A stretch of 56,118 nucleotides of DNA, counting the filler, from Sphacelaria rigidula (Eukaryota), in assembly GCA_964200075.2 (NCBI GenBank). It is 7 parts of 7 records of this genome, joined end to end, with 100 filler letters (N's around TTAATTAATTAA, not from the genome) between each part and the next. Parts side by side here need not be neighbours in the genome. Positions count along the whole stretch, not along the records: positions 1 to 7,932 come from CAXNAA020012933.1; positions 8,033 to 15,963 come from CAXNAA020012934.1; 5 more parts are not named here. One strand, 5' to 3'. The notes beneath the pieces were generated by a model. That model made no database searches. It was given only the letters and a program-made list of their open reading frames with translations, and was not told where the DNA came from. A program made the translations under genes and the position numbers. Shown one piece after another: positions 1 to 10,547 of this stretch; position 1 is the stretch's first letter; the number at the start of each line of letters is the position of its first letter.

Positions 1-621
1 AGTCGCCTGAAGAGTGAGCTGCATCCTGCTAAGATTCTTCGGCCCGAAGCCTACTGATGATCTTGCATTTGGATGACAGATTACAATGAGTTGCTTAATT
101 CTGTGGTATCGCCACTTCCAGAGACATACAGGAGGGGGGAGGCAGGGGCAGGCTGACCAAATCGTTCCACGATCGAAGCGGGAGAAGCAGTGAGGCGTCC
201 CTTTCTGCAATAGTAACCCCTCCATAGCATGCTACCGTCATCAGGGGAGAATATATTATACCATGAACACCGGTTCCGTTGGACCAAATTTGCCGCGGGA
301 AAGAGTCACCTCGCCCCCATCCCCTCGCCACCTAGCCCCCGCCGCCCCTCCCGCGCGAGCGAGGTCATTGTTCTCCTCTTATATTACCTTGATGTCTTTC
401 CTTCACCAGCTTGTCTGTCTTTGTTTTTTTTCTCTCTGCTCCATTTTTTTTTACCGTATCCTCCCTTCATACATTTTCCCGCGTTGCGTCAACTCTCACG
501 CTCCTCTTTATTGCTCATGTATCACACCTTGAGCGGACTTCCTGCACAATTTTCGCCGTCCTGCCCACACCTCTTCTTTCGTCCACCTTTCTCTCACTTG
601 CTCTTCTTGCACATACGGCAG

Positions 622-804
622 GTTTCCTTCACCGTGATGTTGAAAGGGTATGGGCGTGCGGGTGACCTTGGCGGGGCGGAGGTGATGTTCTCGCTCATGT
701 GCGACGATAAGGACCAGAAGCCCGATGTCGTGGCTCTTAACTCTCTGCTCGATGCGTGCGTGCGGAACGGCGATCTCCGAAGAGCTGTCGAAGTTCTTGA
801 ACAG
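622..804 (+). CDS. Internal exon of a pentatricopeptide repeat (PPR) protein
   Basis: Pyrimidine tract plus CAG acceptor at 619-621 and GTACAA donor at 805. 183 nt, phase 0/0. Encodes VSFTVMLKGYGRAGDLGGAEVMFSLM...KPDVVALNSLLDACVRNGDLRRAVEVLEQ, two consecutive P-type PPR motifs. Confidence 0.9.
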
Positions 805-1618
805 GTACAATATTCCCGCTATCTTGCGCTTTCCCCCCCTCCCTTGCCCCAGCCTTCTTTTAGCCCGCCCCCTTTCCCGGGGCAACTTTCATGGCCATGA
901 AGAATCATCCGCTTCCATGGTTTCAGACACAGACTGGACAATTATATCATGTATACATGGCATATATTTCCACTGTGCGAGGGGATCGTGTGTGCTCATC
1001 TTCCTCGACCAAGAAACAGGACACGTATTGAGCCACTATCAGATCGGGCGTCAGGCAAGGCGGTGCTGCCCGCGCAGCAGGTGACCTGCCGTCGAGTACC
1101 TTGGCGTTGTCCACATGCGCAGCGCACGCTGTTCATCTCTCTATCCCGGTGCACATCTGGACACGTCAGACAAATCACGATTCGTCTGAAAATTACCGTC
1201 TCTCAGTATACGGATCCGGATCATGATCCAGATCATTTGGCTCCCCTTTTTCCATGTTCGCTCCCCACAGCGCCGGACGCCGAGCACGCCGAGTAGCGGA
1301 ACGGTTGTGCTTCGGTTTTTTTGACCCTGCGGTCACATATTTTTTGTTTTTGAACCAACGAATCCGCAAATCTCCCTTGATCAGTTATCTCAGACAGATC
1401 ATGATCTGTCCGATGTGTGCACATCCGACACGAGAGCATGTCGCGGATATAATCCGCACTCCGGCGCCGTGCCGACTTCCGTCAACTCATCATTTTTCCT
1501 TGCAAACGACGGAAATCGGATACGCCTCAGGAAAAAGTCGTCATATTGGCCTGAATTTGACCCTTTGACTTACTTCTTGCCGGCTTCGAGATACACCAGT
1601 AACGAGCAACAGTTACGA

Positions 1619-2020
1619 GGGTGTACTCAGGATCATGCCTGCCATAGTCATGAGACCATTGGCCTCGCATCTCTACAATCCGGGACGGAGCACCCCGGGT
1701 TTTCGCCGCACCAGGCTCGCACTTAATCACCAAGCGCGAAGCGCCGTGGTGTGTTTAGCCAGTCGTATGAAGGGTGAGCTGCATCCTGCTAAAATTGTTC
1801 GGCCCGAAGCCTACCGATTATCTTGCATTTGGAGGACAGTCCACAATGAAATACTTCATTGTCTGGTATCGCCACTTCCTGAGACAGCTACGACTTATGC
1901 ACTGCCTCATGGGTGTCTCACCATGTGAACACTACGTAGTACCATCATTCCCACTGTGCGGAGTTGAGGTTCTCCCACACCGCACAACATGATCTAGCTC
2001 GACCACCATCATGGTTACCG
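1619..2020 (-). repeat. Family B repeat (up to ~400 bp, C-tract end). Other copies: 1-130, 2120-2182, 5247-5325, 5328-5733, 6836-7151(+), 7817-7932, 14485-14523(+), 30005-30093(+), 48041-48087(+)
   Basis: Shared end CCGGCGAAAACCCGGCGTGCTCCGTCCCGG...GGATGCGAGGTCAATGGTC...TGACTATGGCATGCATGATCATGAGTACACCCC. Long copies share a body (GAGCTGCATCCTGCTAA...CCTCATGGGTGTCTCACCAT...GACCACCATCATGGTT). Confidence 0.95.
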
Positions 2021-2401
2021 TAAAAAAACGCAAGCGCGCAAATAAATCGGTAACCCGGTTGCCTAACTTACGGCAGTGAGGGGCGTGTTTCATAGCGTCA
2101 TCACCAACCGACGCCAACCCCATCGGGGGCCCGTCCCTACAAAGCCAGGACGGAGCACGCCGAGTTTTCGCCGAACCCGGCTAATCCATCCCACGATAGG
2201 GGGAGGGTATCTGATTGCATGATTCAAGAGGCTCATAGGTGTGTCAGACGACCTACCACACTCACGATGCGCTTGTATTTGGTTGTAACCGGTGTCAAGC
2301 AGTATGAATAAGCGTTATATATCGATAACAAGCTCGTTCGAACAACATTCGAACAACATTTGCCGCTTTCAACGACGATTTTAGTAGGAATGAAGGAATA
2401 G

Positions 2402-2480
2402 GAACGGTGCTCCGTCTCGAAAGGGATGCGTGGTCAATGGTCACACGACTAAGGCAAGCAACAAATGACTACGTTCCCCC
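2402..2480 (+). repeat. Family A short repeat (~75 bp, C-tract end). Other copies: 3749-3827(-), 14386-14473(+), 15674-15771(+), 17538-17613(+), 20092-20169(-), 29545-29579(+), 29940-29981(+), 46907-46980(-)
   Basis: Consensus CGGTGCTCCGTCTCGAAAGGGATGCGTGGTCAATGGTCAAACGACTAAGGCAAGCAACAAATGAGTACGCCCC, seen nine times on five contigs. Confidence 0.95.
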
Positions 2481-3453
2481 GCCTCTCTCCGCCCTCCTGT
2501 ATCGTTGAACGACTCTTACCCGATGATGATAATCCCGTTTGCGTTTGCTCGACGTTGCGGTCATGATCGTCCTCGTCTTCTTCGTCCCAGAACGTTCCCC
2601 GGAACGGTGCTGGAGGCGTTTCTCTTGGCGTTGTGACGGCCGCGGCAGACGTCACAGATCTGCTCCGCTCCTCGTCTTCACTGCCATTTCCGAGGGTTGT
2701 TGTGGCCATTTCGGCGTGACCTTTGGAGCTAGCGCCGCCTGCCTCATCGGCGGGCATTCGGTTCTCAGTCGAAATTTCCTTGCTTGATTCCTCGCAAGGC
2801 GTCATCACGTGGACTATATCTGCGGATGGACTCCCCGAGGCAAGGGACTTGTTTTTCTCCGGATCGGGAGTTTTATCGTCAGTAGAGGAAGAAATCATTT
2901 TGCTGTCGCTATTCTCGTCCATGCTATCCACATGACTAGAACCAGGGGACGCGATACCCGAGATTTCTCTGCCCTTCCACAATTTTTCTACTGCGCCGGG
3001 ATTTTCTGTTCCAGAGGAGGAGAATTTCGCGCGCTTGTTCCCGTTGGCATCATTGGGCTCAATTTCAGGATGATGCTGATGATGATCGCGAGATACAAGC
3101 GTCATTTGTTTTTCCTCCTTCGCGCCGCCGTCTCTTCTGCGACTTGTTCTTCTTCGGTTTACATCTGCCGCCGTGACGTCGACGGTGGCCCTCAAGATCG
3201 TATCCACGTCTCTGTTTTCTGTATCCCTCGCGTTCCTCTGTTCATCCGGATTGCGTTCCGCCTCGACCTTCCACAAATTACGCGATTTCTTTATAATATC
3301 CTCAGAGCCAACAGACGGAAGGTCGTCGGTCACGTGCCCGCGCCCAACAATGCCTTTCCCCGGAAGGGGCTCTTTTACCCCGGGCAGCACCACTGCTTCT
3401 AACGCCTCCTTCGACGTCGGCACTTGACTTTTGCGGCTCACACCTTCGCCAAC
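2449..3453 (-). CDS. Large exon encoding a low-complexity, charged region of a hypothetical protein (possibly terminal; alternative donor at 2519)
   Basis: 1005-nt open frame preceded by a C-rich tract and CAG acceptor (3456-3454). S/E/D/R/K-rich translation (VGEGVSRKSQVP...DEEDEDDHD). Ends either at the stop at 2449 inside a family-A repeat or at GG|GTAAGA (2520/2519). Confidence 0.65.
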   Translation of the reverse strand, partial: VGEGVSRKSQVPTSKEALEAVVLPGVKEPLPGKGIVGRGHVTDDLPSVGSEDIIKKSRNLWKVEAERNPDEQRNARDTENRDVDTILRATVDVTAADVNRRRTSRRRDGGAKEEKQMTLVSRDHHQHHPEIEPNDANGNKRAKFSSSGTENPGAVEKLWKGREISGIASPGSSHVDSMDENSDSKMISSSTDDKTPDPEKNKSLASGSPSADIVHVMTPCEESSKEISTENRMPADEAGGASSKGHAEMATTTLGNGSEDEERSRSVTSAAAVTTPRETPPAPFRGTFWDEEDEDDHDRNVEQTQTGLSSSGKSRSTIQEGGERRGNVVICCLP

Positions 3454-3529
3454 CTGAGTGGATCCAGGACAGAGGTGTCGTGGGGGCGGGAGGGGGGGTG
3501 GGGGGGGGAGGGGGGGGGTGAGACGAGGG

Positions 3530-3746
3530 TGTAATGCGTGAGAGGACCGCGTGCTCAGGGGACCGCATCGGAATTCAAACACCCCTATGGTTGGGGTTAT
3601 GGTCAGGGTTAGTGTTAGTGTTGGGGCTTGGGTAAGGGGCGTGGTCATTGCATGGACTGCCCCGATTGGTTTTGAAAAACATCGATCCTGAGGTGTTCTG
3701 AACTACGGTGCAGTCCTGTAAGCACGCGGTCCTCTCACGCATTACA
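3530..3746. mobile_element. MITE family C with ~26-bp TIRs and an internal telomere-like tract (second copy 6604-6817)
   Basis: TGTAATGCGTGAGAGGACCGCGTGCT ... AGCACGCGGTCCTCTCACGCATTACA, with degenerate (GGGTTA)n at ~3590-3640. Confidence 0.85.
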
Positions 3747-4738
3747 TAGGGGGGGGGGCGTACTCATTTGTTGCTTGCCTTAGTCGTTCGACCATTGACC
3801 ATGCATCCCTTTCGAGACGGAGCACCGAAAGAGGGGAGGGGAGACGAAAGGCGGGATGTGGAAGAACGTTCTCAGTGATTGTACCCAGGGCGCAAGACAC
3901 ATGTCGACGGCGGTCACGTGTCGAGAAACGTTTCTCCTGTGAGGTTGGGCTTTTGTAGGGACACGGATGAAGCCACGACATGTTTTCCGGAAGAGAATCT
4001 GGTAATGTTGAAAAACATCGTAGCTTGGGAAAAAATAAAGGCTCAAAGGAGACAGAGCTAGAGTCATTGGGGAGCAAAATGCGTGTATGAGTAATTTGTG
4101 CGCCGCTGTGATTTTGGCCAAGCGTTTGTGGTTCTTATTTTTAAAATGTCTCCCTTTTTCTTCTTCCTTTCTTTCTTTCCCCTCCTGTCTCTTTTTTTCT
4201 TTTAGTATTCTGATTTTCAGTGTGGTCTGTATGTTCCCACTTCATTTCTTCTTCGTATCTCCCGTCCCTCGGCTTCCATTTTCCCGTGTATTTACCTTGA
4301 GCGCATCTAATGACCACGACTGTATTTGTAGCGACAAGCAATTGCTTGGTGTTGATGTGCGATAACCTATCAAGTCAATCAATCGATCCATCAGATCAAA
4401 TCAATCAATCAATCCAACATACGCCTCCCACACAAGAATGCCTACCACGGGGAGCTGTCCAGGTGCTCTACTTGTAAAGTGTGGGCTCGGGAATGTGGTG
4501 CAGAGCACACAAAGATTGACAGTCCTGGAGAAAATGAGCCGTCTCTTGAGAACCAGATAACTACTATAGCAAGTTGTTTGCCCGCGGAAATGATTATCAT
4601 GGATATTGTTCAGAAGGGGATAGGAACGACGGAACCCTAGGGACGTCAATATCGTTTTCTTCACATGTCGTATCGATGCACATGATGAGGAATGTGAAAA
4701 CAGACCATCGTCCTATCACAAGAAAATATTGAACCCAC

Positions 4739-4843
4739 CCGTCGGCGTGAATTCGAGTTCCGCTGCAGGGCTGATATCGGCACACGTCCCACCACATTCT
4801 TTCGCTCACCATTGACTCGGGATATGTCATAGACAAAGAAGAG
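4739..4843 (-). CDS. Candidate internal exon of the same hypothetical minus-strand gene
   Basis: TACAG acceptor, CGG|GTGGGT donor, 105 nt, phase 0/0. LFFVYDISRVNGERKNVVGRVPISALQRNSNSRRR, in phase with the 3453 exon. Confidence 0.5.
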
Positions 4844-6008
4844 CTGTACGAAAACACTGGCGCCTTTCTCGTGGGAGCGGACAACCCCGCAGGGAACAAA
4901 ATGGAAATATTAAATCGCCGGACCGGAATGCTGCTATCTCTCGACATTATATTTGTATCGGTTTTCAGCAATAAAACCGAGACATGCTCGTTGTACCTGT
5001 CTCGGCCAACGGCCCGTACCAACTCACTGCAAGCCAGTACCCACCACCCCCTCGGTTGTACGAAGGCTCATTGTGTGCGACACCTGTATGGGGGAGGCGG
5101 GGTACACCCCTTTCGACGGGGGTTCGCCCCAGATACCATAGAAAATATCGATGGTATGTACTGTGTGAATACATTTTCTGCCGGATTTTCAACTTTAGGC
5201 TCTCTATCGAGAGCCTCCTAGAGCCCGAGGGTGGAGAGGAGAAAGAGGTGTACTCATGGTCTTTCATGCCGTAGCGATATCACCATTGGCCTCGCATCCC
5301 CACAATTCCGGGACTGAGCAAGACGCAGGGGGGGGGGTACTCATGATCTTGCACACCGTAGTAACATGGCCATCGACCTCGCATCTCCACGAAGCGGGAC
5401 GGAGCACGCCGGGTTTTCGCCGGACCCGGCTCGCAATCGATCACCAAGCGCGGAGCGCCGTGATGCGTTCGACGAGTCGCATGAGGGATAGGCTGCATTA
5501 TGCGAAGATTGTTCGACCCGAAGCGTAATGATCATATTGCATTCGGATGACAGCCTCCAACGAGTTGCTTCATTTTCTTATACCACCACTTCCAGAGACA
5601 GCCACGGCTTTCACGCTGCCTCATGGGTGTCTCACCATTGAAACACCACGTAGCATGTTCATTCCCTTTGCACGGAATTGACGCTCTCCCACCCCGCACA
5701 ACATGATCTAGCACGACCACCATCATGGTTTCCTCAAACGAACGCTGGGGGGGATTGGGGGAGCTCCTCCACGTACCTTTTTAAAAATACTTCAAATGTC
5801 TTTTCAATACTTCCTCTGTGCTATATATAAGTAGATTCCGTTATTGTCACACGGGTTCTTCATCGTTTCTGATCCAGCTTTTTGTTTGGCTCAGTTGTCT
5901 ACACGACAGCCGACGCGATGCAGTGAGTGCTGGTGATGGTCCAGTCTTCGTCACGATACTGATATGCACAGGCATGCACGGAGGGAGAGATGGGCTTATC
6001 CCTTTAGA

Positions 6009-6102
6009 CCACGGACTCGTCCTGAGGAGGGGGAAGGGTAGACGTGAAAATGAAAACAAAACAAAATTTTCACCGTTCCCCTTCCTCTACAAGAGTCCGT
6101 GG
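6009..6102. mobile_element. 94-bp mini inverted-repeat element; related left end at ~26161-26220
   Basis: CCACGGACTC...GAGTCCGTGG with extended imperfect pairing (GAGGAGGGGGAAGGG / CCGTTCCCCTTCCTC). Confidence 0.7.
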
Positions 6103-6113
6103 AGTGAAGAGAC

Positions 6114-6219
6114 CAAATCGTATGTCTCCTTCGGTACTCTCCCCGCCATTTTGGCATAATCGCGGGTGGGATCAGCGCTCACTCCTTCCCGCACGGCGTC
6201 GCCTCTCATCATATTTCCG
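6114..6219 (-). CDS. Candidate exon of the hypothetical minus-strand gene (donor uncertain: 6183 or 6114)
   Basis: GGCTAG acceptor with phase-2 start, matching the phase-2 end of the 7467 exon. GNMMRGDAVREGVSADPTRDYAKMAGRVPKETYDL. Both possible donors (GTGAGC, GTCTCT) are phase 0. Confidence 0.35.
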
Positions 6220-6603
6220 CTAGCCACACACGTCATCAAGTTTTCAAACGATGGTATACACGTACTCATCTCCGAGAAAACAGACTGCAGTATCTTGCAG
6301 GATGCGAATCCTACACCTTCCGCACATCCGACAGCTCGTGAGCTAACTGAACACTACTCTTATTAATGTACTGATCCGGATTATGAGCCAGCTCAATTGC
6401 CCCATTTCTTCAAATGTTGCTCCCTATAGCGCTGGACGCCGAGCTCCCTACAGCGCGGGCAGTTCCTCAAAGGTAACGCTTTGACATATTGGACCCTGCT
6501 GTCACGTGTTTTGTGTTTCTGGGCACGAGATCTGAGGGACCTCTTTAGTTCGTTACTTTAATTACAATAGCTCATGAGTGGTCCCACTTGTGAAACCTTC
6601 CAT

Positions 6604-6817
6604 TGTGATGCCTGGGAGGACCGCGTGCTCAGGGTACCCCATCGGAATTTAAGCATTCCTATGGTCGGGGTTAGGGTTAGGATTGGGGTTGGGGTTGGGG
6701 TCAGGAGCGTGGTCCTTGCAGGAACTGACCCGATTGGTTTCGAAAAACGTGGATCCTGAAGAAGTGTATTGAGCTATGATGCGATCCTCTATGCACGTGA
6801 TCCTCCCACGCATTACA
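6604..6817. mobile_element. MITE family C, second copy
   Basis: TGTGATGCCTGGGAGGACCGCGTGC ... GCACGTGATCCTCCCACGCATTACA, with GGGGTTAGGGTTAGGATTGGGGTTGGGGTTGGGG inside. Flanks CCAT/CCAC. Confidence 0.85.
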
Positions 6818-7466
6818 CCACCCTAAGCGGCTATCAATGGTGAGACATCCATGAGGCAGTGTGGAACCCGTGGGTGTCTCCGGAAGTGGCGATACCAGAA
6901 AATGAAGCAACTCATCGAAGGTTGTCACTCGAATGCAAAATGATCAGTACGCTTCGAGCGGAACAATCTTAGCAGGATGCAGCTCACCCTTCACGCGACT
7001 CGCCGAGCACACAACGGCGCTTCGCGCTTGACGATTGATTACGATTCTATTCCGGCGAAAACCCGGCGTGCTCTGTCCCGGCTTTGTGGGGTTGCGAGGT
7101 CAATGGTCAGTGACTATGGCATGCACGATCATAAGTATACCCCCGCCCCCGCTCCCGTCACTAAGCAGATCTCTGTCTTCCATACCTTGGGCACTCGATT
7201 ACGTGTGGCTTTAAGTGTAATGCGTACAGTATCCTATATATCAGCTATTACAAGTAGTAGGCAATAAAATCGATACTGCACGCGGTACACTCTTTGCCAG
7301 TGTAATCTGCTGATCAAGGTGTGATACTGTTTAGCAACACGCCACGGTCCTTTTCCACTTTCTTCCCCCACTACTCCGACCCAGGTTCCTTGTCTGGGGG
7401 CGTTTAGTCACCCCGAGATATCAGGCAGGCAAATTTTACGGGTGAACGGGTACGACTATGACTCAC

Positions 7467-7589
7467 CCCGCGTAACCGCTCTCCTGATACGGCCCCAGCT
7501 GATCAGCGGGGTAACGACAAACGCCATTTTGACCCAATGATCCCACAGGGAACGGCGACTGAGGAACTGGTAGTTGATCTATCGTGGGC
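7467..7589 (-). CDS. Candidate exon of the hypothetical minus-strand gene
   Basis: GCAG acceptor and strong GG|GTGAGT donor. PTIDQLPVPQSPFPVGSLGQNGVCRYPADQLGPYQESGYAG; the other two frames are closed. Confidence 0.45.
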
Positions 7590-7932
7590 CTGCGTCGACT
7601 TTCTCGTTGACGTGAACTAAATAAACGTGTTCGGAGACGACCAGGGGGGAAGGCAAGATGATCCGCCTGTTTTGTATTGTTTCGCACACTTCTACCACCC
7701 CCCCTTCCTCGAGACAAGGCGGAGTTCACGGTCTTGGGAGATGTTCTACGCATTTCTCCCCCGTTAGACGCCTTACATTTTGCTATCGCGGATGGGATCA
7801 GAATTTCCGGCCCTCCGGGGTGCACTCATGATCATGCATGCCATAGTCGTCAGACCATTGACCTCGCATCGCCACGAAGCCGGGACGGAGCACGCCAGCT
7901 TTTCGCCGGACCAGGCTCGCACTTAATCACCA

Positions 7933-8032
7933 NNNNNNNNNNNNNNNNNNNNNNNNNNNNNNNNNNNNNNNNNNNNTTAATTAATTAANNNNNNNNNNNN
8001 NNNNNNNNNNNNNNNNNNNNNNNNNNNNNNNN
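7933..8032. other. Artificial contig spacer N44-TTAATTAATTAA-N44. Also 15964-16063, 23995-24094, 32026-32125, 40057-40156, 48088-48187
   Basis: Six identical 100-bp spacers with stops in all six frames, spaced exactly 8031 bp apart. Confidence 0.99.
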
Positions 8033-8096
8033 TTCCTTGGTGTGGGGGGGCAACAGAACCCCCCCCCCCCCCCCCCCCAATCTCCCCGCCGCTCAC

Positions 8097-8315
8097 CTAA
8101 CGATGGGAAGGAACGACTCCGGTCCAGCCACGTTTCCTGTGTCGCAGCAGCTGAACCGTGATTCGAACCTCTGCTCCATGGGGCGACCTGCAGCATCGGA
8201 CTCGTCCGTTGGAGGTGGGTATATCCCTTTCAGTATCCGATGGGGAAGCTCTGAACCACCATAGCCGAACGGTGGTTTGCCCGTAAGCATTTCGTGAATG
8301 AGTATGCCCAGCGCC
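8097..8315 (-). CDS. AGC kinase exon (subdomains IX-X); gene runs off the contig end
   Basis: ACACAG acceptor; phase 2 completes DWW. ALGILIHEMLTGKPPFGYGGSELPHRILKG. AG|GTGAGC donor. Confidence 0.9.
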   Translation of the reverse strand, partial: GAGHTHSRNAYGQTTVRLWWFRASPSDTERDIPTSNGRVRCCRSPHGAEVRITVQLLRHRKRGWTGVVPSHR

Positions 8316-9840
8316 CTGTGTATTTCGTTGACCATGACGGTGAGAGGTGAGAAAACCGCGTGAGAAGTCTTCATCTTTTGGATGCTCACCTTTCTTCATT
8401 GTGTGCAATTTTCGCTTACGCATGCCGTGCGTTTGGCGTGTGTTTTGTCTAGATTGCTACAATATGGGCACATATGGTATACGGTCGAGGCCCAGGGGCA
8501 TGAGAGAGAACCCGTCTCGCGGGTAGGAAAGTGGCACAGAAATGTGCAATCTCGGGGCTAGGCAATAGGTGCGCGGGTTGGACGGGCAAAGGGCCCTGTA
8601 TTGGGCTATTGGATGAATGTTGCGTGTTTTGTGATGGTGGAGAAGATGAACCATGTTGCAGCTAGTTGACGCCGGGTAAAGAATTGATTGCAGTCGATAC
8701 ATGCGACCCACTGTTTGAAGCATAAGCACCCCCCCCCCTCCTTCTCCGAATAATTCTCGTTGCATTTCAGGTTATGGGACGCACGTGGGAGTACGTTATT
8801 ATGCATGTAGCAGGGGCCAGGCCTGTAGTTCTTTGTAGTCGTTCGTGGTCTCTCGCCCGGAAGAGTATGCTTCATAGCTTCCTCAGAGAGTAACAGGTTT
8901 GCAGTCTACGGCGCGAACGACTCTGCCAGAGCACACAGGGTTTCCCACGAAACACGATCGAATCGGTCGATCGCGTTTACCAAGTTGGCAATATGCAGAA
9001 GCGCATGGGAAAACCGGAAGATGGATGCTGCCCGATACCGTTCGTTACCAGCGAACACGAGAAGACGGTAAGCGACGCATAACACCCGAAGGATTGCCAG
9101 CTGGAGCAAGACCAGTATCAACAAATGGCGTGACTTCAACATCATGTTCACCCGAACCCCCGTCAGCGTGATCCGGGATCGGTCTTCTACAATGCTGCCT
9201 GCCCCCCCAGAAAAACAGAAAAAATGTTGGCGCTTTCTCTCCGCCACGAAGGTCGGAACGGGCTACAAACACAACGTGTGCTAGCGTAGTATCGGATGGT
9301 CACTCGCTGTTATCATTAATTTCGTAGTTCTTGACAATCAAAATATACTTGGGTCATTTTCCGCCACTCGCGTTGTTTCACTTCGCTTCCCACGACAAGA
9401 ACACGAAGAAGAAGATAGGAGGAAGAAGATAATACTATCAAAAACACGGAAAGGGTGAAAAGGGGAAACATAATGCTAAAAAGGATGTAAAAAATACATT
9501 TAACAAAACATTTTCCCAAAAACATACATTTCTTCAGAAATAGCTTACTACGGTATGATACTACTGCGGAGTGATGCTACGGTAGGGATGCACACATATT
9601 TTCTGAGGTTAGAATTCTTGGAAGCCCTTGATCTCATGCAAAATACCACTTTCGAAAATATGTGAAAGTACGCCAGGATTACTACTCCAACGTGCTGGGG
9701 ATATCCCGAATGAATTTGAAAACGGGGATGCCCTGACCCATATTCTCGTGCATCTAGGCTCGTTAGGAGCCCCTGAACTAGACAAGACTTCGCGAAAAAT
9801 GTGCACCCCTACCGTGGCATTGCTCAGCGCCCCCCCTTAC

Positions 9841-10230
9841 CACCAGTCCACAGCCAAGGAATGCCCGCGCTTAGACACCATCTCGGGCGCCATGCAGTGC
9901 GGCGTGCCGCAGTACGTGTAGGACTTCGACTTCGAACCTTTGTCGCCATCAGACTCATCAGAATCATCAGAGTCCTCATGAGCGCGTACCCCTCCTCCTT
10001 GCTGGCTTTCCCTTTCCCCCTTCGTTGGGGATTCGTCGCTCCGGTCCACTTCCTCTTTTTCGACTCCTGGCACTTCTACCTGCTTTGAGCAGCCTAAGTC
10101 GACGACTTTCACGTGGCCCCGAGAACTCAGCACGATGTTGCTCGCTTTCAGATCGCGATGCATGAGCCCAAGCGCGTGCAAGTGCGCGATAGCCGAGGTG
10201 ATCTCAGCCGCATAGAACCTCGCAGTCTGG

Positions 10231-10232
<2 letters not shown>
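9841..10232 (-). CDS. AGC kinase exon (subdomains VIa-IX)
   Basis: (CA)n-CAG acceptor, TG|GTAAGG donor. ARFYAAEITSAIAHLH...HRDLKASN...VKVVDLG...TYCGTPHCMAPE...AVDWW. Confidence 0.95.
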
Positions 10233-10266
<34 letters not shown>

Positions 10267-10547
10267 TTGTGTGTGTGTGGTGGGGGGTGACTATTCTTCA
10301 GCTCGCATCGACGGTTGTATTCCGAAAGATATCGGACTATCGGACGGGGTGTCATCAGCGAAAACAATTATTTTACCTATGCAGGTGTCAATACCTGTCT
10401 ATAAGTGAGGGTCTCGAGTTGTTTGGGAGTTGTTGTGTCACAGGTGCTCGTTCCTCACTCGCCCGGTTCTTCCCGTGTCTCCCTTGTGGTGGCGATGGTT
10501 CTGGGGTGAGTGCACGGATGCTGACGCAACTCGTGTCTTGATACATT

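Noticed and set aside
1619-1720. Hammerhead ribozyme in the A/B ends (CGAAA present)
   Set aside because: No conserved CTGANGA core on either strand across copies.
3749-3790. Reverse strand of A (GGGGGCGTACTCA) as a tRNA-Ala-derived SINE head
   Set aside because: Similarity covers only ~12 nt, there is no correctly spaced B box, and the G run is variable in length. Not fully excluded.
6087-6219. ETYDLVSSL as kinase subdomain XI continuing the exon that ends at 8097 (phases match)
   Set aside because: It lies across an artificial spacer on an unrelated size-sorted contig, and it fits equally with the 7467 exon on its own contig.
7977-7988. TTAATTAATTAA as a biological motif or piggyBac site
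   Set aside because: It is an assembly linker embedded in Ns, repeated identically six times.
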